NCBI GenBank assembly: GCA_964016885.1
Contig: OZ024741.1
Coordinates: 50,034,001 to 50,098,000 of the forward strand
DNA length: 64,000 nucleotides
Direction of reading: 5' to 3'
From: Eledone cirrhosa
Taxonomy: Eukaryota
Under the pieces are notes generated by a model, which was given only the letters and a program-made list of their open reading frames with translations, did not search any database and was not told the origin of the DNA. This document shows, in pieces, positions 12,640-25,300 of the stretch (position 1 is the first letter of the stretch; the number at the start of each line of letters is the position of its first letter). The position numbers were made by a program, and so were the translations under genes.

Positions 12640-15290
12640 ACAATAATGAAAATATTGTGTACAGTGGTCAGGTGCACTACAATTCATCAAAAGTGTATGT
12701 ATAGTACATAGGGTAATGTACAAACGTCAGGAAAATGAAAAGCGCATGAGTCATGATATACACATGTGTGCATGTGTATGGAAGGGGGACATCAGGTGTA
12801 GTTTTGGCGAATTTCGGGAAGCATGAGGGTTTTAAAGGATGCAGTGTCTCAGCAGCTAATAACTGACGCAGGCAGTTTGTTCCATGCTTCAGCAACTCTA
12901 AGCGTGAAAAATGGTTTCCGAAAGTCATGGGAGCTGTGATATTTTCTGACTTTGTAGGCATGTCCACGTGTGTTAGACACATGGAGATCAAAAAGGTGCT
13001 CAGGGTTGTTGTTGGCGAGATGGTTAATAACTTTGTGGGTGTTTACCAAGTCCATTGCCAGACATCGGAGCTTCAATGAATCCATGCCCAGGGAAGCAAG
13101 CCATTCAGAGTATGGTAGGTGTCTGATGGAGGGTATGCGCTTGGTTGCACATCTCTGAACAGTTTCCAGGAGGTCAATGTTCTGAGCAAGATAGGGGTTC
13201 CAGACTGATGATGCGAATTCCAAGTGTGGTTGTACCATAGCTGTATACAGTTTTAAATAGATGGCTGGAGAGTGGCTAACAAAGGTCTTGCTGAGTGATG
13301 CCAAGACACCCTCGGCCTTCTTGACAATTTTAGAGATATGCTTTGTCCAACGCAAATCGCTGCTGACAGTAATGCTCAGGTCACGTTCACAAGAGGACTT
13401 CTTGATATCAGTGTTGTGGAGGGAGTATATGGACGCTGGGTTTTTCCTCCCAAAATGCATGGTGGTACACTTGTCCACAGCCAGCTTCAGTTGCCAGTCT
13501 GTGATCCATTGCTGCATTGTGTCCAGGTCTGAGTGTAGGAAAGAGTTATAGATTTCAGGATCTGTCCTTTTGATTTCAAGGTACAGCTTGATGTCATCTG
13601 CATATTTAAGTACTGTGGCATTCTTTAAGTTGGCATCTATGTCATTAATGTATGCAACAAACAAAAGGGGACCAAGAACAGATCCCTGTGGTACACTAGA
13701 TGACATCTCATATGGTGAAGAATGCTGTCCTAGAACCGTGACTACCTCTTTTCGACTGAGAATGAAGGATTTCAACCAGTTAAAATGATCATCCTTCACA
13801 CCCATTGCAGAGAGTTTCGCCATAAGTCTTTTGTGTGGCACAGAGTTAAAAGCCTTAGCAAAGTCAAGGTAAACAACATCCACCCATAAGCCGCTGTCAG
13901 TGATCCGGGTAATGTCTTAAAGGAACTTGATAAGCTGATCACAGCAGCTGGAGTTAGGGATAAATCCAAATTGCGAGGGCCGGATGAGGCTGTGAGAGCT
14001 CCAGAAGTTCCAAAGTGTTTCTCTGACACAGGATTCCATCAGTTTGGCAATACAGTTAGTAAGACTGACTGGACGATAGTTCACAGGTGATGTGCGGTCA
14101 CCCATTTTGAACAGAGGAATGACACTGGCAGTTTTCCACTGTTCTGGAGTAACACCATTGTTGAGACAGTATTGAAAGAAGAAAGAAAGCTGGTGCAAAA
14201 GGAAGTACCCACCACGTTTGAGAAGCAGGTATGTAACACCATCAATACCAGGGAAGGCATAGTTGCGCTTATCCTTAAGGTGACGTTGCAGCATTGCAGG
14301 TGTAATTTGTGGAGATGGTACATTCTGGTTTTCAACAGTAAAAATGCTTGCATAGCACTCAGCAATGAGTTCTGCGCATGCTTTGGGATCGTCAGTGATC
14401 TGGCTTGTGTGGGGATTGCGAAGAAGACCAACCGGAGAGTGAGGTCTCATATTTCCAGAACACCTTATTATCAGGATTGGTTGCTATGCACTGTTCAAAT
14501 TCAAGCACTGCCTTTTTTGTCACTTGCTTGAGATGGTTGGAAGATTTATTCCGCTTTTTTCTGTTGGCATCTGATTTATGCAGTTTATATTCCCGTTCAG
14601 CATTCCGACGTTCTTTCCTGGCAAGTCGGACTGCTGAAGTTTCCCAAATTGCACTTTTTTTTTGGGGGGGGGGGGGGTCTGCTTACATGGCACTGATGCT
14701 GCACACTCTATCTATATTGAGTCCAGGATGCTCTGGAGTATAGTGTTCACATCTTCAGAGTTATAGAACTCGTGCCAGTTTGGGCACTGTAGCTCAGTGC
14801 AGTACAAGTTCCAATCTGCTTTCTTCCAATCAAAGCAAGCAGATTGGAGATGGTTCTGGTTTTGTTGCTGCCCGCAAGAGCCAGATTGGCAATGATCATT
14901 GCAGGATCAGAGTCGCCTAGAGGTTCCTCAGTAGTACAACTGATAACCACTTCAGGAGTAGTGGTGAAGAGCAGGTCCAAAGTGTTGCCACCTCTTGTAT
15001 GAGAGGTGACTACTTGTGACCAGTTTGAGTTCAGCACTAGCTCAAGGAAATCGTTTGCATTTTGTGGCCAACGAAAGGTTTCCCAATCAATCTCAGGATG
15101 ATTGAATTCACCTGCAATAAACACATAAGTGGCTGTTTTCCAGGCAGCAGCTCTGAGGATATCGCAAAGCTCTGTGTCCTGATGATAGTTTGGGGGGCGA
15201 TAAACAACACCAGAAAGCATTTAAATATGTTTGAAAACAGAGGCAATGGAAAGTAGTTCCAGCTAGATCAAATCTCCTTAATTTCTAAAT
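12640..15290 (-). mobile_element. CR1/L2-type LINE ORF2 (APE + RT), 5'-truncated, degenerate
   Basis: YRPP and LDLLFT (APE); NYRPVSLT, YLDFAKAF, VPQGSVLGP and YADD (RT); FFTLRVAEAWNKLP C-terminus. Frameshifted. Confidence 0.93.
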
Positions 15291-15961
15291 ACACAGCAAG
15301 TCTCTGATTTCTGAATGGCTAAATGTGAGCAGAAGGGCACTCAGGAGGCATGACCTGGATACGGCCCAGCTCCCTTAGAGTGTAAGAAGTTAAGGGCTGA
15401 AATACTCGCTTGAAGGGTGGGGTGGGAATTCTTCTCTGAAGACCTTCTGCTGTCCATCTCTCCTGAGAGTTTCTCACCACTAAAAGATAAAATATAATGT
15501 GTTGCTATGAACATAAAGTAAATACAAAAGGAGGTTAAAACAGAAACCTTTCATATCCTCTTTGTTCCACATCAATGGGTGTTTAACCCTTTCATGACTG
15601 CATTTCTAATGAAATTCACTGTTTCAATTAATTAATGAAGAATTTTGAGGGATTTACTAAAATGATTAATTATTTCATTACTAAGATAGTAACTTAATGT
15701 AAGGTTCTTATATAAAATTATGTTAGAAGATTTTAATATAAATTGAAAATCTTTAAAATGGATGGTTTTATTTCATAGAACCAGGGCTGGTTTTGGTTGG
15801 GTTGGGTTGGTAACAAAAGAGTTAAATGTAAATACATATATATTTGGAGTTCAATCTTATTTAAGCTATAGTCAAGATCACATCTAATGGTAGTTGTTGA
15901 AATGCTAAAATCATCTGGTGAAGTAGGAATCAAGCTAATCACCAACATAGTAGGTTACAAG

Positions 15962-16144
15962 CAGTGCCAGATTTACCATTGTGCTTAGGTGTACTTAAGC
16001 ACAGGGCCCCATTAGCCATGGGGGAGGCATCTTCCTGAGCATGTGTGCCTGTCTGCCTGTGTAGGCCTACCTTCTTCAGGGCCTAAGTAAGGGGCCTTAT
16101 AACCTAACTAGCACAGGGCCTCATTTGTCCTAAATCTGGCACTG
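15962..16144. mobile_element. hAT-type MITE
   Basis: 14-bp perfect TIR CAGTGCCAGATTTA / TAAATCTGGCACTG with 8-bp TSD GTTACAAG on both sides. Confidence 0.9.
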
Positions 16145-16454
16145 GTTACAAGTAATACATGATGGTGTCATGCCCAATGACTGGCATAGCAATATAATCA
16201 GTAATTGTTACAGGAAAAATTAGAATACACAGCAAGCACCCCAAGTTTACATATCTAAGTTAGCTTGGCCCAAGTAATTTGAATTGAAAAGTTATACATA
16301 CAGGTATTAAATTCAAAACTTTTAACCATCCTAAAACTAAAAAGCCCAACTGAGGGCACAAATAAATTGCTACGGTCATCTCATGGTGAGACCACCTAGT
16401 GCAGGCGGCCCGGAGCAATTGCCCCCTTTGTCCCCCATTAAATTCGGTCCTAAT

Positions 16455-16710
16455 CTAGTGGTCTTCAAGGAAACTGGGTGTAGATGTGTGGCTGGTGAGA
16501 GCATTACAAGCCATGTACAAAGATGTCAGCAAAGTGCGAGTAAGTAATAAGTTTAGTGAGGAATTCAATGTGCAGATATATGTTAATCATTGCTCAGTCC
16601 TCAGCTCATTTCTGTTTTATTGTAATTCTCCAGAGTATAACAGCATACACAAGTGTATGCTGATGATCTGGTTCTTATTGCTGAATCTGTGGAAGAACTA
16701 GAATAGAAAT
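16455..16710 (+). mobile_element. RTE RT fragment
   Basis: WLVRALQAMYK..SKVRV is similar to the intact RT at 32780-34897. Confidence 0.7.
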
Positions 16711-16826
16711 ATACAGCGCCAAACTAGTATCCTGAAATATAAGAACTTATAAAGAACTAATATTTTTGTTACCATCATATTTTTAACATTTACTGTCCAG
16801 CCCTCAAATAAAGCACTATTTGGAAG

Positions 16827-17708
16827 AGGCTATATAGCCGGTCCTGGTAAAATAGACTCCCAGACTATTTAGCCGGTAAGAGTGTCAGACACCATGAGTT
16901 GCCGCCTGAGTTAAGACAATTTGAAATCTTTTCCACCAGCAATTGTTAAAAAACAAGTTAAAATCATTTAGTCATCATCTTATTATAATTTTGCTTGAGT
17001 TTCATCCATTCGTAATGTACATTATGCTTTAGTTACATACATATACATCTAATGAGTTCCATGACTTAAGAATTTTAGCAGAAAGTCAAATATTTAAGAA
17101 ATTGAGAATTTTAGCATAAAGTCAAATATTTTCAAAATTAAGAATTTTAGCAGAAAATCATGACCTGGGTTAAAGATAGTAGTCACTACCTGGGCTCTAA
17201 AGCACTATTTATTATTTAGTTGTAAAATAGGGCAGTGGATTGGCAGTATCGGTAGAGGGTTGGATGCCATGCTTTGCACCATTCAAATCTCGCCGAGGTT
17301 AACTTTGCCTTTCATCCTTACAGGGTTTATAAAATAATGTACCAGTCATGCACTGGGGTCGATTTAATCGACTTTTCCCTCCCCCAAAATTGCTGGCCTT
17401 GTGCCTGGATTGGCAGTATCGGTAGAGGGTCGGACACCATGCTTTGACGCATAGAGTTACGGCCCTTGCCATTCTGAGTTCAAATTCCGCCGAGGTTAAC
17501 TTTGCTTTTCATCCTTACGGGGTTGATAAAATAAAGTACCAGTAATGCACTGTGTAATTGCTGGCCTTGTGCCAAAAGTAGAAACAATTATTTAGTTGTA
17601 AAATAAGCTTCTGGTACCCCGGCTAGAGTTGCGTCACTTTAGGGTTTACTGGTAAAATAAGCTTAAAAAGCATGTTTGTCTATTTTGCCGGAACCGGCTA
17701 CGTAGCCT
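16827..17708. mobile_element. Non-autonomous DNA transposon with ~31-bp TIRs, carrying inserted SINEs
   Basis: AGGCTATATAGCCGGTCCTGGTAAAATAGAC at 16827 versus its near reverse complement GTCTATTTTGCCGGAACCGGCTACGTAGCCT ending at 17708. TSD not resolved. Confidence 0.65.
17232..17590 (+). mobile_element. tRNA-derived SINE family A, tandem dimer
   Basis: A-box-like TGGCAGTATCGGTAGAG, B-box GAGTTCAAATTCC and tail GCCTTGTGCCAAAAGTAGAAACAATT. The flank TTATT(T)TAGTTGTAAAATA is repeated on both sides. Confidence 0.8.
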
Positions 17709-18059
17709 ATTGCTATTTATTTACTTTAACTATTATTTCTGGCATTTAAAAAAAATTTATTTTTCCTAATCCAAGTTTCTGTAAATTTTCTTTTCCTGTA
17801 ACTATTTCCAAATGTGAAAAATACAAATTGAAATTTGAAATTTGTAATAAAGTCCATATATTTAGTTTTCTTCTCTCGCTTTGATTATATATTTTTGTGA
17901 ATTATATTTATAAGGTTCCTATCAATATACATGTATGTACTTCTATGTAATCTTTATATATTTGTTATATGAAAGATAAAATTTATCATTATCAAGCTAG
18001 GAAACAACTAAACTAATTATTACAGAATGAAAATATACACACAAATACGTAGTATAAAA

Positions 18060-18407
18060 TAATTGTTTCTGCTTTTGGCACAAGGCCAGCAAATACTCCA
18101 GTGCATTACTGGTACTTTATTTTATTGACCCCGTATGGATGATAGGCAAAGTTGAACTCAGAACGTAAAGGGTCGTAACTCTATGCTGCAGAGCAGGCCG
18201 TCCAACCCTCTACCGTTAAAATATTTGTTTCTACATTTGGCACAAGGCCAGCAATTATCCCTGTGTATTACTGGTGCTTTATTTTATTGACCCCGTAAGG
18301 ATGAAAGGCAAAATTTAACCTTGGCGGGATTTGAAATCAGAGCATAAAGGGCCGTAATCCTTTTTGCTGCAAAGCATGGCGTCAGACCGTCTACCGATAC
18401 TGCCAGT
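18060..18407 (-). mobile_element. SINE family A, two minus-strand copies
   Basis: Reverse complement of the 17232 element, present twice. Confidence 0.8.
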
Positions 18408-19146
18408 CATACTTAGTTACATAATTATTTCACATTAAAATATAAAATCAAAATGAAAGAAAATATCAATTCAACACTGTCAATTGGTCTCACATCACAA
18501 GGGAGCTGGAGTTTCCCTCTAATACTTTTTAAGGCAAACAAGCAAACAAATGGAAACTAGAAAAAAAAACAGAATTCAGTATGCAGATTAAAGTCATCAA
18601 CATTTCTGATGAAAGAAACAATAATTCTTCAAATATTATATTTAATAATAAAAAAAATGTTTATTTAATGAAAACATTGCCAAAAGAAACACCAAGCGCG
18701 TGTTTTCTTATAAATAATCTTTCTTCATTTATTTACTAAAGAAATAAGTAGAAATATTTTTAAATATCTCTATATTAATATGTATAAATATTTTCTAATT
18801 GAGGTACAAAGTCAGCTGCAAGTTTTAACAAGTTTGAAAACGACGATTCGTAATAGTGGTGAGGGATAGTGAGAGAAAAGGTTACGAGATTGGATTTAAA
18901 GAAGTCTCGTGTAATAACTGTAACTAACGAGATTCTCGTCTGTTCCATGAGATTTGTATTAGTAGCTTTACTTCATTTACTAAGCGAAGTAATTTTTATT
19001 GACTAATATTTTATGGTATTTACTGTTATCTCTCTCTCTAAATATATATAATATAATATATATATATTATATAATATAATATATATATATTATATATACC
19101 ACACACGAAACACTGTTATACACTCATAAATTTGGTTTATTACAAG

Positions 19147-19315
19147 ATGGCCAACCACCGCTATCCCAACACTAATGACGACCCACCAAACAGCCGTCTC
19201 TTCATTATTGCCGGTAAAGGAATCGCTGAAGATGAGTACCACAAATGTTTTAGTAAATTTGGTTCCATTCAGGATGTTTGGATCGTTAAAGACCGACAAA
19301 CGAACGAGGAAAAAG
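19147..19315 (+). CDS. RBM45: RBM45 coding exon 1 (RRM1 N-half)
   Basis: MANHRYPNTNDDPPNSRLFIIAGKG...VKDRQTNEEK(G), phase-1 donor GTTCGT. Confidence 0.9.
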
Positions 19316-22300
19316 GTTCGTTGATTTCTTTTAAAATAAAAACTACTCTTTATACAAGGGTGGCTGACTATGAATGAGTTATGCTAGAGCTGCTAAATTT
19401 TGCATACATTAATTTCAACTCTTCTTATTAATAACTGCATTGTTTCTTTCCAGAGACTATGTTGGAAAATAAACCTCATTTGGTCCATTCCATGAAAGTA
19501 TCTTGGTCAGCATATGAACTTTTCAGCCGACCTTCGTATTTAAATTGTATATCTTTCATCCTATTTTACATTATTCTTCAGATATATAACGATAGAACTC
19601 TTCAGAGATATTAATTAATGTCTAACAATGGTATTTTTTGAAAAGAAATATTATCGAAACCCCAGTTAACAATAAAAATAGTAAATTATATAATGAATTC
19701 TGTAATAATTATTTATAATTAGCTTTTGAATACTCGCATTAAATGCGGTAGCACTAACTTGATTTATATATATATAGGTAAAATTCTGTTATAACGAATT
19801 TTTCTGTGTAACGAAATTTTTTTCAATCCCCGGCCACACGCTCAATCTCGTTATAAATAATTTTTCGTTATAACGGAATTTCTCTGTATTGTCGTCTATA
19901 ATGATGGCAATAGCATTGAATAAATTTCTGGCGTCTACGATTGCTATGCATATATACCAGGATTAAAATATATGAAAAATCATACAAACTGGGACCCCCT
20001 ATAGTTTATGTTGATTACTGACATTTGGAAGTGATTAAAAATAAGAATGATATATGATTTATTTCTAAGATATAATTACATGTTCTGCATGTATGTACAA
20101 ATGACAAACATGATTGAATGTATGAATATTTTTTTTTAATGGTTATGATTGATAATCGAACTTATAGCAGCGTAACTAATATGTAGTGTGTGTATGTTTG
20201 GACGTAAATTTTCAAGAATTACAGACATATGCGTGTGTATGTATAATATATTTATATATATATAATAACTAGAAATTGATTAACATATATATAAACATGA
20301 ATAATCACAGGAGATAATTTTTACAAGCGTGTAACCACACATAGCTAGGTAGGTAACTAAATAAAGTTGACTAGAACTTCAAAAATAGATACCTTATAAT
20401 ATGATTAATCTTCCCTGTATATATTCCATTAAAGAAATATATTTCACCAATTAATCAGATTGTAAATCACGGAAGTGGATACTTTTGGATTTTCAACAAG
20501 GAATAAAAATTACCACGTGTAAAATTTACACATCATAGCAGCTTCGTCTCAGTGGCGTGAATAGGGTTATCGACAACTAGAAACAGCAGCCGATTCCTTT
20601 CAACAGAGTTAGCTCTACAATTAAGGAGCCGTATTTATATATCTATATCCAAAATTAAGATAAATTAAATGAATTTAATCTAAATCAAAATTATGGGTGT
20701 CATGCCAGCACGGCATGCGCCATATCACCCGGAAAAATAAGCTCAAAGATTCTATTGAGTAGGTCCGAGCATTTTATAATAACTAGAAATTGATTAACAT
20801 ATATATAAACATGAATAATCACAGGATATAATTTTTACAAGCGTGTAACCACACATAGCTAGGTAGGTAACTAAATAATGCTGCTATGATGTATAAATTC
20901 TACACGTGGTAATAGCCAGTTGCAGATTTGAACTCGTAGTGTAAACATGGATTGCTGGAAATTTTTATTCCTTGTTGAAAATACAAAAATATCCACTTCC
21001 GTGATTTACAATCTGATTAATTGGTGAAATATATTTCTTTAATGGAATATATACAGGGAAGATTAATCATATTATAAGGTATCTATTTTTGAAGTTCTAG
21101 TCAACTTTATTTAGTTACCTACCTAGCTATGTGTGGTTACACGCTTGTAAAAATTATCTCCTGTGATTATTCATGTTTATATATATGTTAATCAATTTCT
21201 AGTTATTATAAAATGCTCGGACCTACTTGATAGAATCTTTGAGCTTATTTTTCCGGGTGATATGGCGCATGCTGTGCTGGCATGACACCCATAATTTTGA
21301 TTTAGATTAAATTAATTTAATTTATCTTAATTTTGGATATATATATATATATATTTAATGTATAATAAACAATACAATATAATTACCTCATTACCAGAGG
21401 TTTCCCGAATAAGGCGGATACAAGAAACGTCCGCATTCGTTCGTCAGACAAGGAGCACTCTTCATTCCTCTGACTTCTTCAACGGAAACGTCAACACTTA
21501 TATATATATATATACATACACACACATACGCACACCTAAACACATGGCATATTATGGTTTATAATATACAGTAACTCGACTTTACGATCTCTATGGGAAC
21601 ACTTGATATTAGAGCTCGAAATCGAGTTATCTTTACTTATTTTTCCGTGCTTGCACGGGTGGCTAATTCTGATTTATCTCGTGTCACCCGTTCTGAGAAT
21701 CGCGAGTTCAACGCCCTCGCCAATAGACCAGAAACTCGAAATAAGAAAATGAAAATATATCGCCAGATTCACTGGATTCGTTGTGTACGAGGGTCGGCTG
21801 AACATATACTCTCGTGGAATGTAACCAAATGAAGTTTATTTTTCATCATAGTCATCGTTGCGGTCCAAAAAAGTCATCAACAACAGATATGAAGTCATCA
21901 CTGCAACACTGGTTCCCAGTCAAGTGTTTTTTCATGTTGAGGAACAGATGATAGTTAGATGGGGTTAAATCAGGAGAATAGAGAGGGTGATCAACTTGTT
22001 CAAAACCACACTCACGCTCAGCAGCCATTAAAATCAAGGACTTGTCTGATGGAGCATTGTCCTGGTGAAACAAGATCCCTTTAGTCAGTTTTCCTGGGCG
22101 ATTGGTTATGATAGCCTTTCGTAACAAGTTGGCATAGTACTTCCCTGCAGATGAAACGACCCTGGCCTTCTTTGGAGTAGGTGAGGAGGGATGTTTCCAT
22201 TGCATGGATTCTCTCTGTCTCTGGCTCAAAGATATGATCCAAACACACTCATCATGGGTTAGGTAACATTCAAGGAAACCAGCTGGATCTACCACAAACA

Positions 22301-25300
22301 ATGTCAGATATCTCCATGATGTGATTAGTCTGGTGTGCTTTTGATCAGGTGTCAGATGATGTGGCACCCACTGAGCAAAACCTTCATCCCGCCAAGTTAA
22401 TTGTGCAGAATATTCTCAACTCTCTCTCAGGATATGCTAATAGTTTTGGTTATTTGATTTATAGTCAATCGCCTTTCATCCATCACCATATGGTGAACAT
22501 TATCAATGCTTTCCTCGGTGGTGCCAGTCATTGGACATCCAGATCTTGGGTCATATTCAACAGCCCACTTTTGCACTGTTGATAAAGCTAGAGTGTCGTC
22601 CCTTAATGTGTAAACAATGTCAATGAATGCCTTTCTGGGCTAAACCCTTTTTCTGCAGGTATTTGTTAACACCACAATGCCAAATTTTGTCCATTTTCAA
22701 GTCTTCTTTGAACAGCCAGATCTCAGTTTACCTGGAAAGAAACAATGCAGTTATTAATAAGAATTGAAATTAATGCATGCAAGATTTCACAGTTGTATCA
22801 TCACTCTTTCATAGTCAGCCTATGAACTTTTCAGTCCACCCTTGTAAAGGGAGGCAAAAAATTGAATAAAATATCATCTTACAGTTCCCAGTATTGCACA
22901 TCCCTTTGCACTTTTAGTTCAAGTCTTGCTAGGGTTGTTGAAATATGTAGCAAGTGTTTATGGCAGGCTTTAGTCATATGTGTATCAGCCATGACCATCA
23001 CATCATTTAATGGACAATATTGTTTAATTTGGCCTTTCTTTTACTAAAGGTAATAGGTTTTTAAGGGGATATTTGGCTGTTATTTTGAGCAACCATATAG
23101 AGGTCTCCACAATCCTGTAATGTACTGAAATGAGGTTTTGAGAATTCCACTGAAGCAGGTAGAGAGGTTCAAGTATCTTGGGGCTGTGTTTACGAGTGGT
23201 AGAAGGCAGGAGGCTGAATTAAGTGCAAGAATTACAGGAGCTGGTGCAGTTCAGCATTCAGTAATCAGAAGAAAGGAGGTAAGCGTAAAAGCCAAACTCG
23301 CTATCTTCAATTTGGGATTTGTGTCAACCCTTACCTATGGTCATGAATTTTGTGTAATGAGTCACTCCAATTAGAGCCGCTACTTCTCCAAATTGAGAGA
23401 TCACAGCTCCGATACTATGGGCTTGTGGTTAGAATGTCTCAGAAAAGAATCGCTGAACAGATTTTACACGCAAAACCAACCAACAGGAAACCCAGGGGTA
23501 GACCCCAAGCAAGATGGTTGGATAACATCCATGAGCTTGGCTGGTCTCACTTGGGGATCCAGTCGGAGATGGTTGCTTTTGACATGATCTGCTGGAAGGA
23601 GTGTTTGAGGACTCTGTCTTCTCCACCCTCTCAGGAATAAGTAGGTGAAGAAGATTATACCTCTCCCACTATAAAGTTGACAAAATTATTAATGCATCGG
23701 ATTAAATGCCTGGGGTTATTTGTTCTGATTCTTTACATTTTATGTTCAAATCATACTGATATCAACTTGATGTTTTATCCTGGCATTGTTACTAGTTGTA
23801 GGTAGACACAATGTAAACAATATGTTTGTATGTATATGTGTGATCATCAAGGTTAAACGTCTAGTTTTCATGCTTGAGTTACATGGACTGGTAAGGTGAC
23901 TACGCCCTAATCATTCACAATGCTTTTAACTTGATTTTTTTCTGGTTGCCCTTCATAATGCCAGTAACTTTACAACTTGTACTGGCTCTAGCACCTTACA
24001 GAGTGGATTGCTTTGTTTTTATTGCAGCACTAGCACTACCACTTTGAGTGGGTTGGATGCAGAGTGGTGTTTGACATTGTGAAATGTGTGTAAGTGGGAC
24101 ATAGATTGGGCAGGAAAGGAGAATTAGAGAAGGTTTGTCTTAGCTTTCCATGCTGGCATGGTTCAGAAAAGAAAAAAGGGGTGAGAAAATCAGTATACTG
24201 GCAGGCAGGGACCTGGATTTTGTAATGCCCCCTGACATATTGTGACAGATGCACAGGAGTAGTAAGCAGCAAGAACTCACATGCAACGAGACTTATCAAA
24301 TACTCAGATGGGTCCTTAGAGCTAGTTGACAGTTTCTGCTGCTTGTAGGTGTTCTGACAGTACAGTAACATGAGTGAGAACGGGATGAGAAAAGTTCATG
24401 AAGTTACTACCACTGCTAGCTACAAAAGGTTTCTCCTTGAGTGAAAAGCTGACTGTATGATGTTTGTGTACAAACAGCATTGCTGCATGGAAGTGAGATT
24501 TGGACTTTGTGTGTGGAGGACTTGCAATGATTAGAAAGAAATGAAGTGAGCATATGCTGATGGATTTGTAAAAGTAGTATAGATGAGTTGCAAAGTATCA
24601 CAGAACCAAGAGAAAAGCTTTATTTAAGAGGGATTGGTTGTAGTATGTAGGATTGTGATGGTATAGACATGTAATGCGTAGGCAAGATAAGCTGTATAAA
24701 GAAATGCAGAGCATAGTCAATGGAATATGTGGAAGGGAAAATTTGGGATGATATAATGAAAACCAACCTCATGAAGTAGATGACCCAGTATTAAGTTGAC
24801 TGGTTTCATCCAATACTGCAGAAAAGTTAACTTCCCCTGCAAGGATGCCTCCCTCCACCTTCCTCCTGTTGGTATGTCTGTTTCCACCTTCCTTAAAATT
24901 GGAAAAGCAGAGGAATGGAACAATATATAGGTCCCTGTCTACCAATATACTCCCGATTCCCCAGCTTAGATACCCCACCCTCCTGTTTAGTCTGTCCACA
25001 CACAACCTCTCTCTCTCCTTCCTCAGTCAACCCATACCAGTGTGGAAAGCTAAGATAAACCATCTGATTCATCTTCCTCTCCCAACCCATGCCTCCCCTC
25101 TCTTACACTGCCCTGGCTCACTTTTTCTGCTTAACCTGTGTCAGACACCACTTCAAAGCTAGCCCCATGACTCAACACCCTCTCCCTCTCATTTTTATAC
25201 CCCAGCCTGACCAAGGACACTAAACACCCTAGTTCTGTAAATACAACCAGCCCATCTTATAAGATGGTAGTACTGGTGCCACTCTGTAAAGTGGTAGTTT

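Noticed and set aside
18830-19146. Promoter or non-coding first exon of RBM45 (possible donor near 18989, AG just before the ATG)
   Set aside because: Plausible, but not supportable without transcript data.
19132-19377. 81-aa single-exon ORF starting at TTG 19132
   Set aside because: This is RBM45 exon 1 read into the intron. The ATG is at 19147 and the frame splices at 19315.
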